A stretch of 64,000 nt of DNA from Schizochytrium sp. TIO01. Taxonomy: Eukaryota; Protista; Bigyra: Labyrinthulomycetes. Under the pieces are notes generated by a model that was not told the DNA's origin, did no database searches, and worked only from the letters and a program-made list of their open reading frames with translations. The position numbers were made by a program, and so were the translations under genes. Below, piece after piece: positions 23,889-36,076 of this stretch. The stretch lies in contig SMSO01000031.1 in NCBI GenBank assembly GCA_004764695.1, positions 658,436 through 722,435 of the forward strand, read 5' to 3'. Every line of letters begins with the position of its first letter. Positions within the stretch are counted from its first letter, which is position 1.

Positions 23889-26043
23889 GGTTAAATTGCT
23901 TCTTAACGCCACAAGGCAAGGCCCTTACTACCTGTCTACTTGTGAGTTTCTTTCGTTTCACTCGCCAAAAGGTCTTGGAGGTTTAAGAAGCAGGTCAACT
24001 TTACAGTATAAACTACTAAACTACTGATGAAGCAGTCTTTGCGAACTGCTTTCCCGAGTTCTAGCTCAACAACGAAGCTACAGAGTTCTTGGTTTGCCGC
24101 CAATATCTCTCGCTTCGCCAGAGCATTACTTTGGAATGGGGAGGTACTGCCCAGTACTGGGTAGTAGGTAGTAGTACTTTTGTTTTCGATCTTTACCAAA
24201 GATACAAAGAAACGAGGTCTGATCCTGATTTGATGCGATCAGAGCATCCACTTCGAGTTCAACTTTTCTTGCACTTAACAACAAAGAAACACTTTTTCTT
24301 CAGCAGCAGCGACAGACCCAAAGAAAACCAGTGTCCAGCTACCTAGGGGCCTACCTACCAACACGTGATACAGCTTAGGTACTTCTTCCTTGGTGGCCTT
24401 CGAGTCAAGGCTGGAGGGATCCTCTCTCAACATACTGGGCTTCCGACAAGAGAAGAAGCCTGGAGCCAACTTGATTGTCCTCGTCAACTTGATTGTCCTC
24501 GTCAGCTCGTCCGCAAAGTTCTTGCTGTTCAACAAGCACTTGCGACGGCAGGTGCTTCTAAGCTTAGACTCAGATCGTCCCCCTCCGCATTGCATTTAAG
24601 TGAAAACGTCCTTCACGTCGAGTTCTTCACGTCGAGTTCTGTGGCGTTGTTTGTTTTCCATTCCTTCATTCTTTTCACGAGTTCCTAGACACCCAAGTAG
24701 TTCCTGCTACGTACTTGTAGAGAACAAAGCTCGTGCATTGGAACGAGATTGATTGACCTGGGATGGCTTGCAGCAATCTAGGAGGCCGGGACCATCTTTC
24801 TCTCGAGATGCCTCTGCGATTTGGCGAACACGAAGCGGAAGTTGGAGACACCAAGGTCAGTGGTCAAAGGGCAGAGCACACGCAGCACAAGTAGTTTAAC
24901 ACAAACTTCGGGGGAGTGAACTTACTCGAGGGATCAGTTAACTTCAACTCGGCTTGTTTGCAAAGTAGGCCACAGCGTCGTACTAGTATCAGCGGCCTTC
25001 AAGCTCCTTCAAATCTGCGAAAGAAGCGTATGGCGACTTGGGGGAACTCGGCAGTCATGGCTTCTGTCGGTCGTCTTCGGAAGCGCCAAAGTATTGTTGG
25101 TAGATCTCGATCTGTTTTCCTGGACACCGGGAAGGACAAGGACACGATATTGTGCATCATGGACCCTCAATGGTCAGGGTGCAGGACTTGATGCGGCGTT
25201 TACTCTGGGAAAGCGTAGTGATCTGACCATAAAAGGAGAGTATCCCTGAGCTTTATTTTGCTCGTACGAGTCAAGATCCGCGAGGATCAAGCACACTATT
25301 CGTATGTACACTTCTCAAAGCAAGCGCTAGGCTTGATGAGATCTTATCTGTGTCCGGATGAAAGCTCGCGAACCCGGCTTGGAGGGCCATACCTAAATTT
25401 AGTTTCGATTTCAAAGGAGATTCGGTGCTCAAAAGTGACTGGCGGCAATGTAGTGCCGGTGGCAGTGGCCGATGAACGAGGACCTTGAGTCGAGCTGGGT
25501 CTAAAGGGACAGCAAAAGACTGTCTAGGTGCGAGCAGATCTGCGGACGTTGAGACCTTTTCCTCCATCTTGGAAGCACATGCATACGGGATTGAAACTTG
25601 CAACGAGGCCTCCCCGGCTCAAGGTCTCTGCTGAGACAGCTTCTTATCAGCTTGAGGTTGTACATAGCCGAGTTAGTGATGGTAATTCAGTGATTTCAAA
25701 GGGACAAAGTAGTCTCACCGAGTAATTGCGCATAGTAAGACTCACAAGAGGTTAACGAAAGAATACAAATTTAAGGTTATGAAAGGAAATGTTTGTTAGA
25801 AAAGCAATATGCCTTACCAACTCGAGCAGATCGATCGATTAAGCATAAATCCTCACGTAAAGAGAACTCAAGCTGGGATGAACGAAAAGAGGTTTATAAG
25901 GAAAGGCGGCCATATGTTTTTAAAACATACAGAAGGGGCCGAGCAGCGTGGTAACTTATTCAAGAAAAGTTGTTTACGGAGGATGGGCCTCGAGAGGCAA
26001 GCACATGAAATCGATGAACTTGCGCATCTCGGGTCTTATACAT

Positions 26044-26955
26044 CTAGAGAATATTCTGGATATAGGCCGCTACTACGAGACAGAGGCAAAAGATCATATG
26101 AAACTGTGCATTACGCTCCGGTGCGTCAATCATGAGCCTGCGATCATCGACAAAGAGACGTACGTTGTCAACTGCAATAGGCAGAGTAAGGCCAGGCAAG
26201 ATCATGTACCAGATATTTTTTTGATACATCGCAACAAGCAATACTGATACATAGATTGCAGCAATGATAGCCTCATAAATAACTCGTGCACGCTTAAACC
26301 CCATGAGTGTGCAAATCGTGGTGATCCCAGATGCTTTGTCAGTGCGAATATCTCTTGAATTGTTTACAAAGAGAATCGCCTCAGTCACCAGCGCCACAGG
26401 AATGCTGAGCATGAATACCTCCTTCTGCATTTCCTTCGCCTGGAGAGTATCCATGCCATTCGTGAGCACCATAGCTGAAGACAACATTAGAATGGGCCCA
26501 AAACAGCCCATGATGACAATATCTCCGAGACCACGATACTTGAGCTGCAGCGGCGGTGACGTATACGAAAGTCCAAGCAGAAACCCTGCTCCAACTAGGA
26601 TGCTAAGCACAGGTTCGGGCTCGATGGTGAAATATGCAATGCAAAATGCGCTGATGAGCGAAAACGCTGCCATGAAAGCAACAGTTGCTTTAGACAATTT
26701 GGCATCTACAAGCGTGCGGTCTGATGCGTGCAGTTTGGTATCGACGCCGTCTCGAAAGTCGAAATATGTGTTGGCTAAGTTTGATGCGAAATGGACAAAA
26801 ATGCCCATGAACAGAGTAGCGCAAACTTTGACGGCATACTCACGATTGCAAAGAGTGTTCGTGACCGCTGCCGTAAGGAGGACAGGAAAAACGCTCGCCG
26901 TTAAACTCCAAGGGCGGAGCGCAAGGGCCATCTCTGCCACCAAGCCGGACTTCAT
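26044..26955 (-). CDS. UBIAD1: UbiA-family prenyltransferase, UBIAD1/MenA-like
   Basis: LRPWSLTAS, first Asp-rich motif NLANTYFDFRDGVD, YTSPPLQLKYRGLGD, second motif NNSRDIRTDKASGITT, and multiple TM helices. First ATG at 26955. Confidence 0.9.
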   Translation of the reverse strand: MKSGLVAEMALALRPWSLTASVFPVLLTAAVTNTLCNREYAVKVCATLFMGIFVHFASNLANTYFDFRDGVDTKLHASDRTLVDAKLSKATVAFMAAFSLISAFCIAYFTIEPEPVLSILVGAGFLLGLSYTSPPLQLKYRGLGDIVIMGCFGPILMLSSAMVLTNGMDTLQAKEMQKEVFMLSIPVALVTEAILFVNNSRDIRTDKASGITTICTLMGFKRARVIYEAIIAAIYVSVLLVAMYQKNIWYMILPGLTLPIAVDNVRLFVDDRRLMIDAPERNAQFHMIFCLCLVVAAYIQNIL

Positions 26956-27667
26956 GATGGCTCGATTTAAGCAATGCCTCCTCTCGATGCAGATCTCACA
27001 CCAGAATAGGCAAGTCCAAGTACTCTCTGTCGCACTCCTCAATCGCAACCTCCTCGAACGATCCCGGCTCCTCGTGGATCGAAGAGGGTCTTGTCGCGGG
27101 GATTCTTGTTTTGATTATTTATCTTTCTTACTGCCTCTTTGCTTTGTGACTTCCGACCTCAAAAGTCACAAGTCCAACTGCCATACTATCAGTTAACCGT
27201 AGCCAGGTTACTAGAACGGAATTCTCAGCGACACCGAGCAGACATCATAGATAGATAATTGCAACAATCTTGCACGTGCTAAGCTTGTTCCAAAGCAGCA
27301 GCAATGGTGGATTCATTGTGGCACTATTATCGAGGTTTGCGCAGAGCTTTCATTCCCATAACCTTCGTTGAGGATTTGCAGTTGGGTCTCACTTTCGCTT
27401 TCTGGCAGTATCCTGAGCACGAGGAGGTTACCTCCACGGTACCAGACAGGCACTCCGATGAGCGTCATAAATTGAATACCGAAACGGTATCAGAAACGCA
27501 CATCATCATCATCATATCGCCTCAGATTGATTGCAGTCGCAAGGTGATATGCAAAACGAAAGCCCAACACTGGTCTTGCCACAATTCACCAGCCACTCTT
27601 GGCCAAGCTCAAGCTCATCTGCAATTACCTCTTCAATATAGGGCAGACAGCATTCGATCAATGAGTA

Positions 27668-27711
27668 AATGAATGAATGAATGAATGAATCAATCAATCA
27701 ATCAATCAATC
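27668..27711. repeat. (AATG)n(AATC)n compound microsatellite
   Basis: Directly visible tetranucleotide arrays. Confidence 0.85.
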
Positions 27712-29082
27712 ATCGATGATGCACCGCAGATGCTATTTCGATGATGATGCCCTCAGCTTTTCTTTCCTCCACTCGTTCCGGTGGGCTCTTGTCTCCCCCA
27801 GATACCTGGTCTACAACCACAATATCGTTGTACGTGGTATTACAAGACCCGGCGCACGCAGCGCCCTGCTTTGCCATCGAAATAGGGGGAAAATAGGAAG
27901 AAAATAGGGGAAAATGATCCAAATGTTGCAAATGTTGATCCATTTATCTGCCTAGCAGGGCGGTAGCACACAGGTAGCGGGTACTAGCGGTGTATAGGAG
28001 CTCCGTAGGAGTGCCTTGGTAGATTGTTGATGAAAATAATTAAACAATCAATTTAAAATTGAAGAGTTTTTTGGTTGTGAAGAATTGAAGATGGCCATCA
28101 ACTTCGATCCCTGATGGGTTCGCAGCTTGGTTTAGACTGAGGTCGGGGACTGGGAACGCGAGCCGAAGATAGACTGCGATGGAGGCTTGGGTTGGACTGG
28201 CTGGACTGGCTGGACTGGCTTAGGTTGGCCTGACCGGCGCTTCAAGGACTTGCTTGGCCTCGTGAAGTCTCGATATAAAAAGAAATCCGCCGCCATCCAC
28301 AAAACTAATAAGGTACTTAAGTAGTGCTACAAAAAGCGATTGCAATCGCAATAGCTATGACAGGATCTGCAGCCGAACTGATCAGGGAAAGGTCATCGAG
28401 CAATGAAACGTGGGCATGGTGCACTTGAGATCGGGCGGAGAAGTGCTCGCTAGCATCATGAATTGATATATTATAATACGTATATTTATATTCGTGTGTA
28501 ATATATTGTGCATTGCTTTGCAAGATGCAAGATATTGTAGATGATGGAGATGCTGTGGAGAGCAAATCACAAAAGTTTGTTCATTCAACCTCAACCTTGA
28601 CCACTCCAGACACGAGCCCTGTCCCAACCGTCGTGACTGGCCACATTCGAGTGGAGATGAATTACGAAAAGACATGGCCATGGTCATGAGGATGGATCGT
28701 AGCGAAAGAAGGACTTTGGATCCCCCCTCGTCATCATGAATCGTGAACTAAAAACACCGCGTTGAAAGTCATTTGTTTGCTTTCTCCTATTTTATTTTAT
28801 TCATCATGTTTCCTTTTATTTATTTATTTATTTATTAATAAGTACTAGATGCCTACTAACTACGACGATTGAAAATCATTGATCACAGAGAGAAAAGAGG
28901 AAAAGCACTTTATTTTTAATGACGAAGGTGATAAAATAAAAAAATAAAAAGAAAACTACCGATTCTGCTTTCGTGATGATGGACTTTGTGCCGCTGTCCG
29001 CAGAGCCCGAACCGCGTTCACTCCAGTCTTAAGCTCCGTTCACCTTAGGTGCACCTTCCCCGTTCTCCTCCCGCCATCCACC

Positions 29083-29832
29083 ATGTTCCGCACGGCACTT
29101 TCCCGCTCCTCGAGCCTCGCTGCTCGCTCCATGGCCGCCTCCACGGGCTCCATGCAGGTCTCCATGCGATTCTCTGCGCTCCGTGGTCTCGCCTCGTGGC
29201 CCAGCCACACCGTGCTCTCCCTCCCTGCGTTGTCTCCTACCATGGAGAGTGGTGGCATTGCTGGCTGGACCCTCAAGGAGGGCGATGCCATCAACCCTGG
29301 TGAGTCTATCTGCGAGGTTGAGACTGACAAGGCCACCGTGGACTTCGAGGCGCAGGACGAGGGCTTCCTCGCCAAGATCCTCGTGCCCGCCGGCACCTCT
29401 GACGTTGCCGTCGGCACCCCGATCGGAGTCATGGTTGAGTCCGAGTCTGATATCGCTGCATTCAAGGACTTCACCGCCGCCGATGCCGGCGCCAAGCCTG
29501 CTGCATCCGCCGAGGAGCCCAAGAAGGCCGCCGAGGAGCCTAAGAAGCCCGTCGAGGAGCCCAAGAAGGCCGCTGAGGCGCCTAAGAAGCCCGTCGAGGA
29601 GCCCAAGAAGGCCGCCGAGCCCAAGCCCGCTGTGGCTTCTCAGCCAGCAGCCTCGCAGCCGAACCCTCCCAAGACCACCGCTGCCAAGCCTAAGGCTAAG
29701 CAGTCCTTGCCCCAGATGAAGTCCCCGCTCCAGGCAATCTTGGAGAAGGCCCAGAGTGACTACGAGAAGCAGTACGGTATCACTGGACTCTACCACAAGA
29801 AGGCTGACAAGCCTGCTGCTGCATCTGCATAA
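29083..29832 (+). CDS. Mitochondrial lipoyl-domain protein (PDH E2/E3BP-like N-terminus) lacking the acyltransferase core domain
   Basis: An Arg/Ser/Ala-rich presequence is followed by a lipoyl domain ([11 protein letters not shown]...[24 protein letters not shown]), an Ala/Pro/Lys/Glu linker and a short C-terminal segment (SPLQAILEK...YGITG), then a stop. Strong C-ending codon bias. Confidence 0.9.
   Translation: MFRTALSRSSSLAARSMAASTGSMQVSMRFSALRGLASWPSHTVLSLPALSPTMESGGIAGWTLKEGDAINPGESICEVETDKATVDFEAQDEGFLAKILVPAGTSDVAVGTPIGVMVESESDIAAFKDFTAADAGAKPAASAEEPKKAAEEPKKPVEEPKKAAEAPKKPVEEPKKAAEPKPAVASQPAASQPNPPKTTAAKPKAKQSLPQMKSPLQAILEKAQSDYEKQYGITGLYHKKADKPAAASA
29512..29616 (+). repeat. 21-bp coding minisatellite ([14 protein letters not shown] alternating, 42-bp higher-order unit)
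   Basis: Five units of the GAGGAGCC[C/T]AAGAAG... type lie in the linker. Confidence 0.85.
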
Positions 29833-32800
29833 GTTAGTCGCGCTGGATTGATGGATCTGTCACTTGCCAGCTTGCATGTTCAAGTCGAGTAACGTCAAGT
29901 CACGTGCATGCATGCATGCATGAAATGTGTAATGCAACGCAGTGCAGATAGTCCTTGCCAACCTTTATCCTTGGTCGTGAATCAAATGTGCGATACACGC
30001 CCTGCGAAAGTTGCTGACCTCGAGGGGCTAGACTTCTGTGATGGATGAAGAACGCATGGTAGCTCGGCCTCAAGGAACAATAATCTGCAACAAAAAATAA
30101 TACAATAATACTTAGTCCCAGCACGCTCCGCGATGAACTTATGGGCACCTTGATTGTATCACAAATCGCCAAGGAAATTGCCCAAGAGTTGGGAGCGCCT
30201 AGGTCGCAAGAGACAACTTCCGTGGACACTCTCTCACCACTTCAACCTTCAGAAGTTGTTCTCGTCAACTCTTCTACTAATTCTACAAAGTAAAATCTTA
30301 CAAAATAACATATCATTTGAAAACCATGAAATCAAAAATCGTGCCTGTAACAGCAGCAACTTTCGCATCATTGATACTTTTACAGAGTGTATTCTTCGTT
30401 GCAGTTGCCATTTAACGTCATTCTTAGTCACCTTGATGAAAGGAAAGATCCTGTCAACTTGGCAATCAATATCCAATCATACGGTGTACAGCAAAATTAG
30501 CATTAACCGCTGCCTTCGTGGTATCCATGAGACAACGCAAAGGATAGATCAGCTTGGACGATCCTCTAACCCAAGCTGCTGCGCCTAACTTACACACTCG
30601 CACCAGTGCCACCAGTGCCAAACTGTGCAACACCACACATAAAAAGCAGTGCAGTTTCTGCCTACGTAGTATCTTATCATCTAGGTACTTGATTTTTTCT
30701 CTTTTCTTTTCTTTCTTTTTAAATTGAAAAAAAAAATAGAAAGAAACATTTAGTACAGCAAAAAACAAAAAGCACCGACCAATAAAAGCTTTAAACTCTA
30801 GATGACGACAAAAGCAATCGTGTGAAGAAAACTGCCTCCATCAACCTCTTCTCAGCCTGCAATATACCGTAGCCCTGCTCGCTCCTCACGAAGGCCTCTC
30901 TTGCGTCCCTCCAAGGTATTCCAAGTCTTGGCCAATCTGGCCTTCTACCAGAACAGTTTTTTCATAAGCGCCGCGGCAGCGTCATCACCGCCCTTGGTAC
31001 CCACAGAATGGTCCCGTCGATGATGGCGCACACATTTGCCTAGACTTTACGCTAGGCCAGCTCCTACCCAGCGCAGATGCCGTCTGCGTCATCTCCAGAA
31101 TCAGCTTAAGCTCGGCCGCTGCTTGGACGTGCACCTGCGACGCAAGGTGCTACGGCGCAACTGCTTTGACGCGTAGTGATCGAACCACTCGAGGCAATTT
31201 TGTCTTCCGTAGCATCGAGTCATCTCGCTACTTTTATATGCAAAGGAATCAAGTGAGCAGTTTTGCATATAATTTATTGCTTATAGTGAAATGCAAAAAT
31301 GCAATGCATGCAGAGGCGGCTCATGGCCAGATCCATGGTTTTTACATTTTACTTCACTCATTGGAGACGTTGCCTGCTCAAACAAGATCAATGCAGATGG
31401 CGCAGCTTGAATGCAATCTACCACTGCGTAGAGGCTGGGATTGTGTTGAATTCATAGGGACCCCTCAATTGGAATCAATCAACGCAAGGCGGCCACAATT
31501 AGCGCTTTTTCGGGCGTCATTTGTGCCCGTATTGTTATTATGCTATTATAGAGATGGCTCACCTCTATTGGGAACCCGCCGGAATGCCGCCACCAGCGCT
31601 TGAATGCCAACGAATGCAAAAGCTGCTAGCTACACAGAGGTTGATCCTCGCACGAATTGGCCACCAGCACCGCCTTTATATGCGGTGCCTGTTTAGTATT
31701 ATTTAGCATAGACAGGCTCAATCAGCTGGTCTGAAATGCAGTAGTGAATAGGTTTTCAGATCAAGCGGATTCCATTCTTTTAGCTTAGGAGTACCTCGGT
31801 GCTACGGTACGATTTCGTGCACGATAATAAGACTTGTTTATACCTGTTCATGGTCGAACTTGAGACATTCTACTATTAGTGGGTAAGAGTATATGAAGCC
31901 AGAGAGGAAAATTCGAGCACGGTGAGAGTTAAGCTTCTATGAAAGCGAGGACCAGAGGAAAGAACATGTATTGATATGATAAACTCAATAGTCAAAGGCT
32001 TTACCTCTTTTAATTACATGAACCAAGTCAGAATATATCTCCCTGACGATAGCATAACTGATGGCAACCGGATAAAAGAATTTTATAAGAGAGAACAAAA
32101 CAGAAACAAAGAAGCAAAAAAAAAAACAATGATCAGCTTGTTGTTTTCTACTGTCCTGCTTGTACCGTAGCAATCTATGATTCTGAGGACCGGGTATAAG
32201 GAACCTCAATGCCAGAGGGGAAAGCGCTAACGATCAACAAAGAAACTGATGTTAACGCACAATAGTGTAGGATACTTTGCTACGTTTCCGCGAGCTTAGT
32301 TGACTTACTTTAAAGACCCGCCTTGGCAGAGCGCCTTCCAAGATAGTGTTGCCCAAACGTTTTTATATCATGATTGGTCTCATCTTGATTTAGATTGGGT
32401 CTATACCCCTATACCAAATTACAAGTGACTTAAATACAAGCACCTACAGAGTCTGGAGGTTCACCAACTTAGAAAGTATGCAGTACAAAATAGATTGACC
32501 ATAATGTGTCTTAATCTTTAGTGGGGTAGACATGGATCTAGACAACTTTGCGTCTCATCCATACGTGTTATGACCTTGTTTGTCCATGCATTCGTATTTA
32601 TCGGGCGGATTTTTGCTCTGTCTGAGAAAATTATCTTAGTTTTGAATCTAATGAGTAGCGATTTCCCACATGAATAAATCAAAAATTGATTGTTCACTAT
32701 GTCACTGCCAATTCTTTGCAGTAGACTTAAGTCTGTTATGCGAGGGAACTGGTGCAAAAGAGAAAGGAGCCTACCGTAGCAAAGTTCCTGTATCAAGTCA

Positions 32801-35314
32801 GCGAAAACGAAATCCTGTTCGAATGCATGTTGTCACAAAACTTCCCACCCGGGCTCACGGGTTGTCTGTTCTCTTTGGCTAGCGTCTCCACCCGGACCCT
32901 CCTTGGAAAGAGTCAGCGAAAGTGCAAACAATGATCATCATGGTCGTCTTGTTCATCAAGACAAATAGCCTGAATGTTCATATCTCATGACATAGAGAAG
33001 GAAACTTGAGAGCGCTCTGCCACAAAAACCGCCCTTCTGCAAAAGAAAGTTTTTTCTCTTTTTGAGTTTCGCGTAGAGCCGTCTCTCATACATCCAAAAA
33101 TATCCTCAATATCTAAGTGCACCTCAACTGCTCAGATCCTCGTCGCTGAGATGCTGACGTAGTAATACACCATCCATACCTTGGAAAACTACCTCCCCCC
33201 CCCTTACATTTCATTTCCCGGTTCATTTCAATGGTTGGTCTCAGGTTCTCCCAGTCGCATCTAAAAAGAGTCCATGAGTACCAGAGCGGGCCACACCCAA
33301 GAAACACCTAGTAGCTGGTTTCTCCCAAATCTCTCTTGGGAAAATGGGGCACCTTCTCGATACGCACACGCAGCTGTGCCTCTCGCTCGGTCGTGTCTCA
33401 CCACTGTCAGCAGGCAGCGGCCATGGTCGCCTTGAGGAGCTGATGAAGCACCTCCGCGATTCCATGTCCTCCCTTTTGCGAGTCCTTCCAATGAGCCTGC
33501 GAATCGAGGCCATCATATACTTGCTTCCTCTTCCACAACCTCTTGGAGGCAGCTGCCACGAATTTCTCCTTCTGCAAGCTCTCTTCTACCAAGCTAGTAG
33601 CACCCAAGCTCGCTCGAGCTGTAGCAGCTTCGTCTCAACCCCCTCGCGCTGCATTAGGGCTGTCGCGAGTCATCGCTCTCACGCCCGCTCGATATCTTCA
33701 AGCTGACTGAGCGTTTTAGGCATGCGTGCGTGCTGGATCTGGTTCAGAGCGAACCAGTCGGCACTCGGGTTGCTCGATCTAGGAGCTATTCTGTCGATGG
33801 TCGCGGTGCTCAAGATGTGATTGCACATCTTCGAATGGTCATTGAAGTAACAGTGCTTTTTGGTAGCTGGATTCATGTGATGTTGTTTCGTTCATGATTT
33901 GATTGACTTAAGTACCATAGTATTTTAATTAATATTAATATCATTCTTTAATTTTTTTAATAATTAATATGTGTGTATATATATATATTTTATTTTTATT
34001 TTTTTTAAAGTTGGCATAACTATAAAACTAATGAACTGATAAAATAAGAAGTCTAATCAGCTGCTCGCTGGCCACGTGCTGCTGGCTGCAAGCTTGGATA
34101 CGTCGATGTCCGCTCTGGTTCGTACTCTATGCGTCGATGCTCAGCCCACATAGGTTGAACCCCCATCATGGTTTATTGTATCTTTATTGGCGTCACCCTC
34201 ATTCGGAATGGACATTTGCAGGTCTTTTTTTAACTATGCCATCGCGTCGTCCTGTGTAGTCCTATATCCATGCCGAAAATACCTGTTTAAATAATCACAT
34301 CCGCAATGTAAGCAATATTATACCAAGGGTAAGTGCGTCCATAATGATTGAGAGAACGAAAACTAAATTTAAATATTGCACCCGGCGCGCTTTCCTGCCA
34401 CTTCCTGTTAGAAATGTGTTTGCGTCACCTCTTTTCCTTTTTTCTCTGTTCATTACAGAATAAAAGCTCTTTCAAAAATATTATTTAGAGAAAGTATTAG
34501 CACTTTACTATCCGCTGCTAGCAGTGTCTCCAATTTTTCAAAGTTTATATTTATAAAATAATAATAATAAATAATAAACAAAGGAGAAGGAAGTTCGTCC
34601 TTATTATTATGATTAGTTTAGTTACTATCTTTTAGTGACTCGAAAGTGGTTTTCTTCCTGAGCAACTTGGAAAAGATTGGTCAACCAAACAATCGACTCG
34701 CAGCCTCAACCAAGCCCAAAGAGCTTTGTCGCTGCCGTCGCAGTACCTTAACTCCTTCCCTCCTTCGTGCAGCGTGCTCCAGCCCGCTTGCTCGCCCCCT
34801 TACCAACGAGGACTTTTGACTTGTTTAGTCCGTTTCGTTTATCTCGAGAAACATCCGCTCGGGTCACAAGCGCCGCTCGGATCGGACTCGTGCCTCAGTA
34901 CCCCGACTTACAAGTCGCCACGGCTCTAGTTGAGCTTGCACGAGCGCAGTCGCACAGTTTAATACGTTGTGAGTGAGCATCGCCTCTTTGTCACGAATAA
35001 AGTCTGTTAAGAAGAGCGAGCTCAGCTTCTTCGAACTAGAACGCAAGAAATACAACTATAGTGAACCGGGTTCCTACGTTTACAAGCCTTAGTGGAAGTC
35101 GCTTCAACGATATCACTGATCCCAAGCAAATCTCAAAGTGCTGTAGTGCATTTTGAGCAGTTTCGAGATCGGTTTTGAGGTTTCGAGATCGGTAGATATC
35201 GATCATTTATATATTGTGGAGGTTCTCGCATCCTGTGTGGACGTGAACTCATAGACTCTAAAGCAAGCAAACCCGCTTGAGGTAAACTTGAATAACAAAA
35301 CTCGCACAAGAACG

Positions 35315-36076
35315 ATGTCGTCTAACTTTAGCTTGGCTGCGGCACGGGCCGCCTTTTTGCACCCAGAGTATGGCTGGAAGACCACCCACTTCTGGGGACC
35401 GGTGGCTAACTGGGGCTTGGTTGCTGCTGCTGCCTTTGACATGAGCACTAAGGGACCCGAGGTGATCTCGCTGCCCATGACCGCAACCCTCAGCATCTAC
35501 TCTGGACTTTTCATGCTCTTCGCATGGCGCGTTCAGCCCCGTAACTACCTCCTCTTCACGTGCCACGCCTTCAACGAAGCTGCGCAGCTCGTACAGCTTA
35601 AACGAGGAGTCGAGTACCAGAATGAGCTGGAGCGTAAGGGCGAGCCTGTGACCAGCAAGTTTAGCCCACTTGCCTATGGCGGCGCTGTGGCTACCACCAT
35701 CGGCCTTGGCCTCACTGGTGGTCGCATTCAGACTGCTCTCCTTGGCATGAACTTGCCTTCTCCGGTAACCAACTTCATGAAGCACCCGGCTGGGCCTTTC
35801 ACCATTCACTTCTGGGCGCCTAGCTTTAAATGGATGCTTTCTGTGTCAAACTTTCTCGACTTTGATCGTCCTGTAGACCAGATCAGCACCATGCAACAGA
35901 CTGCACTCTGTGCTACTGGATTTATTTGGTCTCGCTACAGCATGGTCATCACCCCCAAGAACTACAACCTCTTCGCAGTTAACTGTGGTCTTGCTGTCAC
36001 TGGTTCTTACCAGCTTGCTCGCAAGATCAAGAGCCAGTTCGGCTCCGGTGAGACCACAAAGGCCGCCTCTGCTTAA
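35315..36076 (+). CDS. Mitochondrial pyruvate carrier, single-chain MPC1-MPC2 fusion (253 aa)
   Basis: The N-half has MPC1 signatures ([23 protein letters not shown]) and the C-half has MPC2 signatures ([39 protein letters not shown]). They are joined in one frame by a linker with a hydrophobic segment. First ATG at 35315. Confidence 0.93.
   Translation: MSSNFSLAAARAAFLHPEYGWKTTHFWGPVANWGLVAAAAFDMSTKGPEVISLPMTATLSIYSGLFMLFAWRVQPRNYLLFTCHAFNEAAQLVQLKRGVEYQNELERKGEPVTSKFSPLAYGGAVATTIGLGLTGGRIQTALLGMNLPSPVTNFMKHPAGPFTIHFWAPSFKWMLSVSNFLDFDRPVDQISTMQQTALCATGFIWSRYSMVITPKNYNLFAVNCGLAVTGSYQLARKIKSQFGSGETTKAASA

Noticed and set aside
24490-24530. Minus-strand FADEL as a reverse-transcriptase (Y/F)ADD motif
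   Set aside because: It lacks the second Asp, and no other RT motifs lie nearby.
26303-27196. 297-aa + strand ORF overlapping UBIAD1
   Set aside because: Antisense shadow of a conserved gene with no motifs of its own.
27304-27672. 122-aa ATG ORF divergent from UBIAD1
   Set aside because: No motif or codon-bias support; it cannot be told apart from a chance ORF.
29029-29796. 255-aa Leu/Gly-rich minus-strand ORF
   Set aside because: Antisense shadow of the codon-biased lipoyl gene; its LLGLLDG repeats mirror the EEPKK repeat.
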